Assembly: GCA_964430735.1 (NCBI GenBank)
Contig: CAYSFB010000009.1
Span: 5,492-69,491 of the forward strand
Source: an uncultured Planctomycetia bacterium
GTDB taxonomy: Bacteria > Omnitrophota > Gorgyraeia > 2-02-FULL-51-18 > JAGOUK01
Length of the DNA: 64,000 nt
Reading direction: 5' to 3'
Part shown: in pieces, positions 49,101-58,814 of the stretch
How the letters are laid out: each line of letters starts with the position of its first letter
Position numbering within the stretch: the first letter of the stretch is position 1
Program-made: the position numbers and the translations under genes
The notes under the pieces: model-generated
Seen by the model: only the letters and a program-made list of their open reading frames with translations
What the model was told of the DNA's origin: nothing
The model's database searches: none

Positions 49101-50123
49101 TCACTCGTTTCTGTTGCCCGCCGCCGACGCCGGCGTCAGGGTCATCTCTTCCATCGAGGAGGGATCCGGCGCGGGCAGCGGCGCAAAATAAGCCGCGTAC
49201 ATGCTGTTGTTGATCGTCGAGATCTCGGACTGGATCTCGTCCAAAAATTCGTGGAGGCCTTTTTTAACGATATCATAAACGCTCATGGATTCAAGCCGCG
49301 CGCAGAGACGGCTGACCAGTTCCATCGGCGGATCCTGCCGGTCGGCCGCGAGCGCCAGGTGTCCGAGCGATTCGCGGGCTCGGCGCACGCAGGAATAAAC
49401 CGAGCGCGGGAAGTCGGGATTGAGGACGATGAAGTCGATCACGTGCGCGTGATGAATCTCGTGCCACAGACGGCGGTACATTTCCAGACCGCTGACCGAT
49501 TTGAGCAAGGCCGCCCACAGGATGTCGTCGTGGGGCGTGCCGACATGCTCGACCGACGGCAGGAGGATGAAGTATTTGACGTCTAGAATGCGCGAGCTCT
49601 GGTCCGCGCGTTCGAGGAGATTGCCGATGCGGCCGAAGTGCCAGCCCTCGTCGTGCGACAGCGACGTGTCCATGATTCCGGTAAAAAGCTGGCACGATCT
49701 CCGGACCCGCGAATAAAAGTTGAACAGGTCCTCGGACTTTCCGGTCTTGAGCAGACGCGTTCTGGATGCGTCTCGGACGAAGAGATAGAGTACGTTGAGC
49801 TCATTCCACATTTCGGACGTGATCGCCTCGCGGATCGACCGCGCGTTTTCGCGCGAGTGGTACACGCAGCTCAGGATCGAGTCGGGGTTGCGCTCGTCGA
49901 AGGTCAAAAAGTCGAGTACGTTCGGCGCGGTGGCCGTTTTGTACAACGATGAGAACAGCTCGTGCCCGCCGGTCGTTTTGACGATCGGGTCCCATTGGTG
50001 GTTTTCGTCGCCGGGCGCGTCGATGCTCAGGAACAGGTTCACATCGACGAGACGCGCGATATTTTCGGCACGTTCCCGGTAGCGCTGCATCCAGTAAAGA
50101 GAGTCGGCCACGCGGCTCAGCAT
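49101..50123 (-). CDS. Alpha-E domain protein (DUF403)
   Basis: Starts MLSRVADSLYWMQRYRERAENIARLVDV, a hallmark alpha-E N-terminus; overlaps the ATP-grasp stop by 7 nt. ORF track start at 50294 is rejected. Confidence 0.7.
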   Translation of the reverse strand: MLSRVADSLYWMQRYRERAENIARLVDVNLFLSIDAPGDENHQWDPIVKTTGGHELFSSLYKTATAPNVLDFLTFDERNPDSILSCVYHSRENARSIREAITSEMWNELNVLYLFVRDASRTRLLKTGKSEDLFNFYSRVRRSCQLFTGIMDTSLSHDEGWHFGRIGNLLERADQSSRILDVKYFILLPSVEHVGTPHDDILWAALLKSVSGLEMYRRLWHEIHHAHVIDFIVLNPDFPRSVYSCVRRARESLGHLALAADRQDPPMELVSRLCARLESMSVYDIVKKGLHEFLDEIQSEISTINNSMYAAYFAPLPAPDPSSMEEMTLTPASAAGNRNE

Positions 50124-51589
50124 GCGTCCGCCTCCCGCCGCAGCACCCAGGTGTCTTTGCAGCCGCCGCCCTGGGACGAGTTCACGACGAGCGATCCTTT
50201 TTTGAGCGCGACGCGCGTGAGGCCTCCCGGCATGACGTAAATGTCCTTGCCGTAGAGGATGTACGGCCGCAGGTCGACGTGGCGCCCTTCGCATTGCTTG
50301 CCGATCATCGTCGGCACGCGCGAGAGGGACAGCGTCGGCTGGGCGAGGTAGTCGCGCGGCGATTTTTTGATCAGCTCCGCGAAGGTCTCGCGCTCCTTCT
50401 TGGTCGACATCGGCCCGATCAGCATCCCGTATCCGCCGGCCTCGTTGGCCGGCTTCACGACGAGCTTTTCGAGATTCTGCAGGACGTATTCGCGTTCTTT
50501 TTCGTTGTAACAGAGATAAGTTTCCACGTTCGGCAGGATCGGCTCCTCGCCGAGATAGAACCGGATCATTTCCGGGACGAACTTGTATACGACCTTGTCG
50601 TCGGCGATGCCGGTGCCGGGCGCGTTGGCGAGCGACACCCGGCCCGCGCGGTACACGTCCATGAGTCCGGCCACGCCGAGCATCGAATCGCGGCGGAAGA
50701 CTTTGGGGTCGAGGAATTGGTCGTCGATGCGGCGGTAGATCACGTCGACGCGCTGGAGGCCGCGCGTCGTCTTCATGTGGACGTACCCGTCCTGCACGGT
50801 GAGGTCCTTGCCTTCGACCAGCTCCGCACCCATGCGCTGGGCGAGGAAGGAGTGTTCAAAATAGGCGGAGTTGGCGATACCGGGCGTCAGGACGACCGCG
50901 GTCGGCTCGGAACGGCCGGGCGGCGCGATGTAGCGCAGCATCGCGAGCAGCTGTTCGGGGTAATTCTCGACCGGCTCGATGGCCTGATTGCGGAAGAAAC
51001 GCGGAAACGCCTTTTTGACGATCGCGCGGTTCTCCAGGACGTACGAAACGCCCGACGGACAGCGCAGATTGTCTTCGAGCACGTACACGTTCCCGTCGCT
51101 GTGGCGGATGAGGTCGGTTCCCGTGATATGGCACCAGATGCCTTGAGGCGGGTAAAGGCCGACACAGGCCTTGAGGAAGTGCTTGCCCGACAGAATGATC
51201 TCGGCCGGGATGACCTTGTTCTTGAGGATCTTCTGCTGGCCGTAAATGTCCTTGAGGAATTCATTGAGCGCGCGGATGCGCTGCTTGAGGCCGCGGTCGA
51301 TCCGGCTCCATTCGTTCTTTTCCACGAGGCGGGGGATGATGTCGAAGGGGAAGATGCGGTCGTATTCGCCCTTGCCGTCGTTGACGGTAAACGTGATGCC
51401 GGAGTTGAGGAAGGACTTTTCGGCGGCCTGCTGGAAGTTGAGCAGCTCCGCCTTGGAGAGGGCATTCAGGCCGTCGATGAGCGGCCGCACGCACTTGCGC
51501 GGCACTCCGTCGGGGCCGAAGAATTCGTCGTAGAATCCCTGTCCCTGATAGTCCTGGAAGATCGCTTGGGGTTTGGCAGTTTGCGTCAT
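50117..51589 (-). CDS. Circularly permuted ATP-grasp type 2 protein (DUF404/DUF407)
   Basis: 490 aa; N-terminus MTQTAKPQAIFQDYQGQGFYDEFFGPDGVPR and internal ATP-grasp blocks. Confidence 0.75.
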   Translation of the reverse strand: MTQTAKPQAIFQDYQGQGFYDEFFGPDGVPRKCVRPLIDGLNALSKAELLNFQQAAEKSFLNSGITFTVNDGKGEYDRIFPFDIIPRLVEKNEWSRIDRGLKQRIRALNEFLKDIYGQQKILKNKVIPAEIILSGKHFLKACVGLYPPQGIWCHITGTDLIRHSDGNVYVLEDNLRCPSGVSYVLENRAIVKKAFPRFFRNQAIEPVENYPEQLLAMLRYIAPPGRSEPTAVVLTPGIANSAYFEHSFLAQRMGAELVEGKDLTVQDGYVHMKTTRGLQRVDVIYRRIDDQFLDPKVFRRDSMLGVAGLMDVYRAGRVSLANAPGTGIADDKVVYKFVPEMIRFYLGEEPILPNVETYLCYNEKEREYVLQNLEKLVVKPANEAGGYGMLIGPMSTKKERETFAELIKKSPRDYLAQPTLSLSRVPTMIGKQCEGRHVDLRPYILYGKDIYVMPGGLTRVALKKGSLVVNSSQGGGCKDTWVLRREADAC

Positions 51590-51671
51590 CTTAAGGATGA
51601 AGCATACCGCCGGAGCGTTACAAGCGTGTTGCGGGAAGGTTAACAGGGGAAGAGGGATGTTGTCGAAAAAG

Positions 51672-51745
51672 TGCGCCCGTCAGGAGTCGAACCTGAAACC
51701 TTCTGATCCGTAGTCAGATGCTCTATCCAATTGAGCTACGGGCGC
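51672..51745 (-). tRNA. tRNA-Arg (anticodon ACG)
   Basis: Reverse complement gcgcccgtagctcaattggatagagcatctgactACGgatcagaaggtttcaggttcgactcctgacgggcgca. Confidence 0.9.
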
Positions 51746-51769
51746 AAAAACAGGAAGCGTAATATACCA

Positions 51770-51829
51770 AAAAATTCGGGACGTGTCTCGAATTTCATCT
51801 ATAATAGCGGGCAGCATTAAGGAGCATGA
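51770..51829 (+). promoter_or_regulatory. Putative dnaX promoter/leader (TATAAT at ~51803) and RBS AAGGAG
   Basis: catctataatagc -10-like hexamer about 30 nt upstream of the ATG; AAGGAG 7 nt upstream of the start. Confidence 0.35.
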
Positions 51830-53479
51830 ATGTCTTACCTGGTCCTCGCCCGCAAATACCGCCCCAAGAATTTTGACGACATGGCCGGCCAAGAGGCCGT
51901 CGCCGTCACGCTCAAAAACGCCATCGCGCTGGACCGCATCGCCCACGCGTACCTCTTTACGGGGCCGCGCGGCGTCGGCAAGACGTCGATCGCGCGCATC
52001 TTCGCCAAGGCACTCAACTGCGAGAAGGGCCCGACCCCGAACCCTTGCGGCGTTTGCGGAAATTGCAAGGACATCGACGCCTCCCGCTCTCTCGACGTCA
52101 TCGAAATCGACGGCGCATCCAACCGCGGCATCGAGGACATCCGCGCCGTCCGTGAGAACATCCGCTTCAGCCCCGCGGCCGGGCGGTACAAGATCTACAT
52201 CATCGACGAGGTACATCAGGTCACCGACGCCGCGTTCAACGCGCTCCTGAAGACGCTGGAGGAGCCGCCCGCGCATGCCAAGTTCATCTTCGCCACGACC
52301 GAGCCGCAGAAGATCCCGGCGACCATTCTGTCGCGTTGTCAGCGTTTCGACTTCAAACGCATCACCACGCAAAAAATCGAAGAAGTCCTGACTGCCATCG
52401 CCAAGAAGGAAAAGTTCGCCATCGACGCCGAGGCCATCTTCGAGATCGCCAAGGCCGCCGACGGCAGTCTGCGCGACGCCCAGTCGCTCCTCGACCAGGT
52501 CGCATCCTTTTCCCAGGGCAAAATCACGGCCGACACCGCCGCGGACGCGCTGGGGACGATCCGGACCGAGGAATTCATCGACCTATTCACCGCCGTGGGC
52601 AACCGCAACGCCGCCGAAGTGCTCGAGCGCATCGACGCGGCCATCCGCCGCGGAGTCGACGCGGCTCATTACCTCGAAAAGTGCCTCGAACACGTGCGCC
52701 AGCTCATGATCGTGAAGTCCGCGCCGAATATGGGCGGCCTGCTCGAAATGCCCGAGCCGCTCAGGGCGCGTCTGGCTGAGGAGGCAAATATCTACTCGCG
52801 TCAGGATCTTTTTTATCTGTTCGGAGTTTTGGCCGGAGGCGTTCAACAGGCCCGGCGCCTCAACATCAAGCGCGTGGCGCTCGAGATGACGCTGCTCAAA
52901 TGCACGCTCCGTGAGCCGCTCGTCCTCATGGATGCGGCCGAAGCCCAGAACGCGCCGCAGCTCAGCGCGCCCGCTCCTGCGCCCGTTAGCCCCGGTCCGG
53001 GCGCCGCCCACGCAGGCTTCACGTCCGCCGCGCCCAAATCCATTCCCGCTTCCGCACCTTCATCGGCGCCCAAGGCCCAATCCCAGGACGCGCCCGACTC
53101 CGCCCCGACCTCGGCCCTGGCCCTGGACGAGCTCTGGTCCAGCGTGGTCCGCCGCGTGCAGACCGAAAAAATGTCCGCCGCCAGCTACCTCAAGGACGCC
53201 GGTATCGTCGACCAGGGCAAGGATATGGTCATCGTCGGCTTTCCGGAAGACTGCTCGTTCCAGATGGAAGCCATGTCCGCCGAAGCGAACCTGAAGCTCG
53301 TCGAAAAGCACCTCTCCGAGATCCTCAACAAGGAAACCCGCGTCAAATTCGTCATCCACGACAGCGATGACGCCGGTTCCGGCGTCCGCGCCCCAGGCAG
53401 CTCCGCGGCCAAATCCGCCGCGCCCGACCCTTTTCTTAAAACGGCCGCCGGAATCTTCGGGGGCAGGATCATAAAGTGA
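51830..53479 (+). CDS. dnaX: DNA polymerase III subunits gamma/tau
   Basis: LFTGPRGVGKTSIARIFAKALNCEKG (Walker A plus zinc module CxxC...C), SRC motif region, 549 aa. Confidence 0.9.
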   Translation: MSYLVLARKYRPKNFDDMAGQEAVAVTLKNAIALDRIAHAYLFTGPRGVGKTSIARIFAKALNCEKGPTPNPCGVCGNCKDIDASRSLDVIEIDGASNRGIEDIRAVRENIRFSPAAGRYKIYIIDEVHQVTDAAFNALLKTLEEPPAHAKFIFATTEPQKIPATILSRCQRFDFKRITTQKIEEVLTAIAKKEKFAIDAEAIFEIAKAADGSLRDAQSLLDQVASFSQGKITADTAADALGTIRTEEFIDLFTAVGNRNAAEVLERIDAAIRRGVDAAHYLEKCLEHVRQLMIVKSAPNMGGLLEMPEPLRARLAEEANIYSRQDLFYLFGVLAGGVQQARRLNIKRVALEMTLLKCTLREPLVLMDAAEAQNAPQLSAPAPAPVSPGPGAAHAGFTSAAPKSIPASAPSSAPKAQSQDAPDSAPTSALALDELWSSVVRRVQTEKMSAASYLKDAGIVDQGKDMVIVGFPEDCSFQMEAMSAEANLKLVEKHLSEILNKETRVKFVIHDSDDAGSGVRAPGSSAAKSAAPDPFLKTAAGIFGGRIIK

Positions 53480-54093
53480 GCCGTCTGGGTGCGGGTTACC
53501 CCGAGCCGATGCAACGGCTGATCGAGCAGTTTGCGCAGATGCCGGGCGTCGGCGTCCGCACCGCCGAACGCTTCGCTTTTTACGTGCTCGGCGCGCGCAA
53601 GGACGACACCGACCGCCTCGCCGACGCGATCAAAAAAACCAAAGAATCCATCCGCTACTGCCGCGACTGCTTCAACCTGAGCGAAAAAGAATCCTGCTCC
53701 GTCTGCGCCGACCCGACCCGGGAAACGGGGATGATCTGCGTCGTCGAAGAGCCCAAGGACATCATCGCGCTCGAGAAGTCCGGCGTGTACAACGGCCAAT
53801 ACCACGTCCTCCTCGGCGCTCTTTCGCCGCTGGACGGGATCGGTCCCAACGACCTCAAGATCCCCGAGCTCCTGTCTCGCCTCACGGCCGGACAATTCAC
53901 CGAAGTACTGCTGGCGACGACCTCGGACACGGAAGGGGAGGCGACCGCGATTTATCTCACCAAGGCCCTCAAGCCCTACAAAGTCCGGGTCACCCGGCTG
54001 GCTCAGGGCGTTCCGGTCGGCACGGAGCTCGAATTTGCCGACCGCGCGACGCTCATGAGGGCCATCGAGACCCGCCAAGAGATCAAGGCTTGA
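53476..54093 (+). CDS. recR: Recombination protein RecR
   Basis: HhH N-terminus, C4 zinc finger CRDCFNLSEKESCSVC, Toprim domain; immediately after dnaX, with no ybaB between them. Confidence 0.85.
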   Translation: MSRLGAGYPEPMQRLIEQFAQMPGVGVRTAERFAFYVLGARKDDTDRLADAIKKTKESIRYCRDCFNLSEKESCSVCADPTRETGMICVVEEPKDIIALEKSGVYNGQYHVLLGALSPLDGIGPNDLKIPELLSRLTAGQFTEVLLATTSDTEGEATAIYLTKALKPYKVRVTRLAQGVPVGTELEFADRATLMRAIETRQEIKA

Positions 54094-54159
54094 GACTAGC
54101 TTTTTTTGGAAAAGTTTGTTAAGATTTGAATACTTAATACTCAAGGAGATAAAGCATAT

Positions 54160-54924
54160 ATGTCCATCTTCGGTCACATAACCAAAGGTTTTTCGATCGC
54201 AAAGTCCAGCATGAGCCTCTTGCTCACGGTTTTTGCGTTTAGCTTCATTTGGACGCTGATCAACCTTCCGTTTGTTTCTGCGGACGGAACGGCCGAACCC
54301 AACCCCATCTCAGCGGTTCTGGGCATTCTCTTTATCCTGATCAGCGTTTTCATTCAGTCCGGCTCCATTGGCTATGTCGAGCAGGTCGTCAAGCAGGGCC
54401 GTTCCGCTCTGGGCAGCTTCTTGGAATCCGGTAAGAAGAACTACCTCCGGATGCTCGGTCTCGGAATCGTGGTGGGCCTGGTGATGATCGTTTTGGCCGT
54501 TCTCGCGGTGATCGGCTTCGTGGCCGGCGGCGCGCAGGCGGAACCGAGCCCTCTCGCCATCGTCCTGGCGGTGATCCTGGCCATCGTTGGCATGATCATC
54601 CTCCTTTTCATCTTCCTAGCGCCGTACGCGGTGGTCGTGGAAGGCAAGGGCGTGGTCGGAGCCATCAAGGCGAGCATCGCGATCGTGAAGCAGAACTTTT
54701 TGACCATCCTGGGCGTCGGAGTCATCCTCGTCGTCATCGGATTTGCGATCGGGTTCCTGCTGGGTCTCGTCATCGGCCTCACCGGCGGGGCGCTGCCGGG
54801 CAAAGCCGGTCAGGTGTTGGCCGGATTCCTCTCGAGCGCGGTGAACGCCTACCTCGGCATCGTCACGACGGGCGCGTTCATGTCGCTGTACCTCTCGAAG
54901 TCGGGCTCCGTTTCGAACTCGTAA
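54160..54924 (+). CDS. Hypothetical polytopic membrane protein
   Basis: 254 aa, 5-6 TM helices, Gly/Ala/Val-rich; no catalytic motif seen. Confidence 0.45.
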   Translation: MSIFGHITKGFSIAKSSMSLLLTVFAFSFIWTLINLPFVSADGTAEPNPISAVLGILFILISVFIQSGSIGYVEQVVKQGRSALGSFLESGKKNYLRMLGLGIVVGLVMIVLAVLAVIGFVAGGAQAEPSPLAIVLAVILAIVGMIILLFIFLAPYAVVVEGKGVVGAIKASIAIVKQNFLTILGVGVILVVIGFAIGFLLGLVIGLTGGALPGKAGQVLAGFLSSAVNAYLGIVTTGAFMSLYLSKSGSVSNS

Positions 54925-54939
54925 GTCGATCTTTCTTAA

Positions 54940-54973
54940 AAAGGACGCGCTCTTCGGGCGCGTCCTTTTTTCT
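54940..54973 (+). terminator. Rho-independent terminator
   Basis: ggacgcgc-tcttcg-ggcgcgtcc stem-loop followed by ttttttc. Confidence 0.7.
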
Positions 54974-55053
54974 TTGAATCCAGCCGGTGTTCGGCTATAC
55001 TTTTTGCCTGTCCGACACCTGCCCCGCCCGAGGGGCATTTATAAAAAGTTTAT

Positions 55054-55129
55054 TCCCAGGTAGCTCAGTTGGTAGAGCGGCTCGCTGTTAACGAGCATGT
55101 CGTAGGTTCAAGTCCTACCCTGGGAGCCA
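55054..55129 (+). tRNA. tRNA-Asn (anticodon GUU)
   Basis: tcccaggtagctcagttggtagagcggctcgctGTTaacgagcatgtcgtaggttcaagtcctaccctgggagcca. Confidence 0.9.
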
Positions 55130-55145
55130 TTGACTCCTCTCCTCA

Positions 55146-55196
55146 TGCAGGGGAAAGCGTTGGTTGGAGAAATCCAAACAACGCTTTTTTTGTACC
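55146..55196 (+). terminator. Terminator hairpin after tRNA-Asn
   Basis: agcgttggttgg-agaaat-ccaaacaacgct followed by a T7 run. Confidence 0.55.
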
Positions 55197-55558
55197 TTCA
55201 AATACCCGACCGCCCCGCTTTAGTATCGACAATAGCTTCCAAGGGAACCATAATCGGCCGCAACGTTAACTTGGAGGGGAATGATGAATGCGTAGCTGCC
55301 GGAGTAGACAACGATCCGTTCATTACAGGAACAATCACCTTTTACATACCATGCGGAGAGACTCATTCCGAAAAACATGAAGTCAAAGGCCCGTCCCGGG
55401 CGCGGATGACCCTCAAATTAGAACCAATTCCCGTAATTGACCGAGAGCGCAGCCGCTTCCCGCGAGATCAGCCAGGCGCTGAGCTCCTCAACTGGAGGGA
55501 GTCATTATCGGAAATGAATACGTTAAACCAATTCGGGTTCACGTATTTTATGCTGTGA

Positions 55559-56308
55559 GTGAAAATGAGTTATGTGAAGACTTATAATACATCGATGAAT
55601 ATATTAAGGACCTTTAAGCATCTGTGCATCCGTACCGGAATTCTCCCGCGCCCCGGTGTCCGACGAGTCCTTTCAGGGCCCAATAGCGGCATTGCCTTTC
55701 ACCTGGATCTTTCTTCCGAATTTCAATTTTACTCGGGTCTCGCCGAAGTTGAAAATCATCGCTGGATCGTAAAGTTATGCGGGGGAATCTCGACGGCTGC
55801 CGATGTCGGAGCCGCTTACGGCGAGCAGACACTTTTCCTCGTTAAAAAAACAGGGGCAAAAAAAGTATTCGCGGTTGAGCCGGGAACATTGCTTAATGCA
55901 AAACTGAAAGAAAATCTTCGCTTAAACGATCTTTTGGCAGGAGACCGGGTCGAGATCATTTCTAAATTTGTCGGCGACGAATCCAAGGGTTGCCTTTCAT
56001 TGGATGTTTTATTAAAGGAACAGCCGGAGCCTATTTTTATCAAGATGGATATTGAGGGCATGGAAGTCGAAGCGCTCAAAAGTTCTGCAAAAACGCTGGA
56101 TCGTTCCGATGTGCGTTGGCTGATCGAAGTGCACTCCAGAGAATTAGAATCAGCGGCGATTCAAATTTTTAGAAACTGCGGATATCAGGTCCAGGTGATC
56201 CCGCAGGCATTTTGGAGGTGTTTTTTGCCCGAGAATCGTACAAAAGATAATCGATGGATCGCATGCTATAAACCGGATTCTTTTAAATCAGAAAAATCTT
56301 CCGTTTAA
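55559..56308 (+). CDS. FkbM-family SAM-dependent methyltransferase
   Basis: Block DVGAAYGEQTLFLVKKTGAKKVFAVEPG, resembling a SAM-binding GxGxG region; ~250 aa. Confidence 0.55.
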   Translation: MKMSYVKTYNTSMNILRTFKHLCIRTGILPRPGVRRVLSGPNSGIAFHLDLSSEFQFYSGLAEVENHRWIVKLCGGISTAADVGAAYGEQTLFLVKKTGAKKVFAVEPGTLLNAKLKENLRLNDLLAGDRVEIISKFVGDESKGCLSLDVLLKEQPEPIFIKMDIEGMEVEALKSSAKTLDRSDVRWLIEVHSRELESAAIQIFRNCGYQVQVIPQAFWRCFLPENRTKDNRWIACYKPDSFKSEKSSV

Positions 56309-57853
56309 ATGGAACCCATAAAAGAAGCCGGCCTTTCAAAGAAAATCAGAGCCAGCGTCGAACTGCTCCGTTACCTGACGGATCATCCGGAGGTGTGGGT
56401 GGGTCTGGCGGCGGAGGATCGCGCGGAACTGGAAAAAGCAGCGGGGCAAATTGCCCGGCCTAGCCCCGAAGAGCTGCGTCTGCGGCGCCGGCACTACGTC
56501 AAAAGTCTCCGGAAAAAAAGCCTCCAGCAGGACCGCCAGGCCCGCGCGGCCACCGGCATCCGGGCGGCGCGCGACACACAGGTCTTTGAGGCGCCGGAAC
56601 GGTTGTTGGGAGTCGAGGCAGGAGCCCTGCTCCCGAACGGCCGGCTCAATTCCACGCGCAGCTGCTACATCTGCCATGCGGGGTATACCGAGCTTCACCA
56701 TTTTTACGATTCGATGTGCCAAAAATGCGGCGAGTTGAATTACAAGAAGCGTTTCCAGACGGCGGATCTGTCGGGCCAGGTCGCGCTCATCACCGGCTCG
56801 CGTCTCAAGATCGGATATCAGGCGGCGCTCATGATGCTGCGCGCCGGAGCGACCGTGATCGCGACGACGCGGTTTCCGGTCGATTCGGCGCTGCGGTACG
56901 CGCGCGAAAAGGACTTCGGGCAGTGGAAGGACCGGCTCCATATTTACGGACTCGATCTGCGGCATACGCCCAGTGTCGAAATCTTCTGCAACTACATCCA
57001 ACAGCGGTACGACCGTCTGGACATCCTGGTTAACAACGCGGCGCAGACCGTCCGGCGTCCCGCGGGTTTTTATGCGCACCTGATGGCCAACGAGCAGCTT
57101 CCGCTCTCCGACCTTCCGGAAGCGGCGCAGCAGCTGCTCCGCAAATACGACGACTGCAAGCGGGAGCTTGTTTCGTATTCGAATTCCAATCTGCAGCCCG
57201 TGGACGCCCTGGCCGTCAGCTGGATGGGGAAGGCCCCCGGCATCGGGCTCCGGGCCTCCGCGGCTCTTTCGCAGATCCCGTACCCGCACGACCATTCCCT
57301 CAAGGCCGACGAGGTGTTTCCCGTGGGCAAGCTCGACGCGGACCTTCAGCAGGTGGATTTGCGCAAAACGAACAGCTGGCGCCTGCGGCTGGGCGAGATC
57401 GAAACGGCCGAGATGTTCGAGCTGCAGCTGGTGAATGCCATCGCCCCGTTCGTTCTCTGCAACAAGCTGGAGCCGATGATGCGGCGGGATTTTACGGGAA
57501 AGAAGCACATGGTCAACGTCACCGCGATGGAAGGCAAATTCCATGCGACCAATAAGATCGACCGCCACCCCCACACCAATATGGCCAAGGCGGCTCTCAA
57601 CATGCTGACACATACCGCGGCCGGAAGTCTGGTGAAGCACGGCATCTACATGAACGCGGTCGATACCGGATGGGTGACCGACGAGGATCCCGCGCATCTT
57701 TCCAAGTTCAAGCAGGAAACGCATGACTTTCAGCCGCCGCTGGACATCGTGGATGGGGCGGCGCGCGTATGTGACCCCTTCTTCGACGGGATCAACACGG
57801 GCAAGCATTGGTGCGGCAAATTCTTAAAGGATTATTTTCCGACGGATTGGTAG
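56309..57853 (+). CDS. Short-chain dehydrogenase/reductase (SDR) with ~150-aa N-terminal extension
   Basis: [31 protein letters not shown] (TGxxxxIG Rossmann motif), NNAAQ block, catalytic Y/K region further downstream. Confidence 0.65.
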   Translation: MEPIKEAGLSKKIRASVELLRYLTDHPEVWVGLAAEDRAELEKAAGQIARPSPEELRLRRRHYVKSLRKKSLQQDRQARAATGIRAARDTQVFEAPERLLGVEAGALLPNGRLNSTRSCYICHAGYTELHHFYDSMCQKCGELNYKKRFQTADLSGQVALITGSRLKIGYQAALMMLRAGATVIATTRFPVDSALRYAREKDFGQWKDRLHIYGLDLRHTPSVEIFCNYIQQRYDRLDILVNNAAQTVRRPAGFYAHLMANEQLPLSDLPEAAQQLLRKYDDCKRELVSYSNSNLQPVDALAVSWMGKAPGIGLRASAALSQIPYPHDHSLKADEVFPVGKLDADLQQVDLRKTNSWRLRLGEIETAEMFELQLVNAIAPFVLCNKLEPMMRRDFTGKKHMVNVTAMEGKFHATNKIDRHPHTNMAKAALNMLTHTAAGSLVKHGIYMNAVDTGWVTDEDPAHLSKFKQETHDFQPPLDIVDGAARVCDPFFDGINTGKHWCGKFLKDYFPTDW

Positions 57854-57860
57854 GCCTGTT

Positions 57861-58712
57861 ATGTGTTTTTGGATGGTATCGATGAAAGGGAAGAAGATAT
57901 TGAAGCTTCGGGCGGCGTGGATTTACACGGCTCTTTTGATAATGGGCTGCTTGGCATTCACAGCTCCGGCTGCGGCCGGATCTGTGTTTCCGGTATCGGA
58001 AGCGTCGGTGCGGGCGGCTTTGGGCGACCGTGAGGGGGCTCTGGTCGTGATCGACACGGATACCGGTGCGATCAACGGGTTTAATCCCGCTCTCGCCTCC
58101 AAGAAACTCGCGCCGTGTTCCACCTTCAAGATCTGGAACACCCTGATCGGCCTGGAATTGGACCTTATCGATTCGCCCGACCGCATTTTTTACAAGTGGG
58201 ACGGCGTCAAGCGCTGGCTGCCGGATTGGAATCGGGATCTGACGCTCCGCGAGGCGTTTCAGGTCTCTTGCGTGCCGGCGTATCAGCAGCTGGCCCGCCG
58301 GATCGGGGCGGAGCGGATGAGGACCTGGATCGACCGAATCGGATACGGTGACCGGGACCTGTCTTCGGGGTTGGACGTCTTCTGGCTCCCGGAGCCGGGC
58401 CGCAAATCGCTTCTGATCACCGTGAAGGAACAGGCGCAGCTCATGGCGCGCCTGGCGTCCGGAGATGTTCCGTTCTCGGCTCAGGCTCAGGCGACGCTCA
58501 AGGACATTATGACCGCTGAGAAGACGGATCGAGGCACACTGTACGGCAAGACGGGCACCGGGACGGACGGGGACGGAAATTACACGTTGGGCTGGTATGT
58601 CGGGTATGTCGAGCGGGACTCGAAGACTTATGCCTTCGCCTGCGTGCTGAAAGGGCAGGGCGTCACGGGAAAGGACGCGCGGGCCGTCGTCCAGACCGTT
58701 CTGCTGCAATAA
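57861..58712 (+). CDS. Class D (OXA-like) beta-lactamase / penicillin-binding transpeptidase-fold protein
   Basis: Signal peptide; active-site S-x-x-K (PCSTFKIWN), YGN-like region, KTG triad (YGKTGTG), W-x-x-G (LGWYVGY). Confidence 0.7.
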   Translation: MCFWMVSMKGKKILKLRAAWIYTALLIMGCLAFTAPAAAGSVFPVSEASVRAALGDREGALVVIDTDTGAINGFNPALASKKLAPCSTFKIWNTLIGLELDLIDSPDRIFYKWDGVKRWLPDWNRDLTLREAFQVSCVPAYQQLARRIGAERMRTWIDRIGYGDRDLSSGLDVFWLPEPGRKSLLITVKEQAQLMARLASGDVPFSAQAQATLKDIMTAEKTDRGTLYGKTGTGTDGDGNYTLGWYVGYVERDSKTYAFACVLKGQGVTGKDARAVVQTVLLQ

Positions 58713-58723
58713 CGGTTCCCGCC

Positions 58724-58750
58724 GGGGGGGGGGGGGGGGGGGGCCCCCCC
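58724..58750. repeat. Homopolymer tract G20 followed by C7
   Basis: cgcc-g(20)-c(7)-ttttt directly after the bla stop; may act as an intrinsic terminator or be an assembly artefact. Confidence 0.8.
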
Positions 58751-58814
58751 TTTTTCGGCTTGAATATATGCAAAAAATAAAATATAATAAAAAAAAAATA
58801 CAGAAAGGCTGCCC

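Noticed and set aside
53476-54093. Absence of ybaB/ebfC between dnaX and recR as a possible deletion
   Set aside because: dnaX and recR overlap cleanly (ATGA) with no remnant ORF. Many lineages lack ybaB at this position, so it was not treated as an anomaly.
55130-55558. 142-aa ORF in the low-GC spacer between tRNA-Asn and the FkbM gene
   Set aside because: No recognisable motifs or RBS; it begins inside the tRNA terminator hairpin and may be non-coding island-boundary DNA. Retained only as context for the islet finding.
58724-58750. G20C7 homopolymer as a phase-variation (slipped-strand) switch
   Set aside because: It lies after the bla stop codon rather than within a promoter spacer or coding region. 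Homopolymers of this length are common assembly or sequencing artefacts and it also doubles as a GC hairpin terminator. Flagged for resequencing rather than called regulatory.
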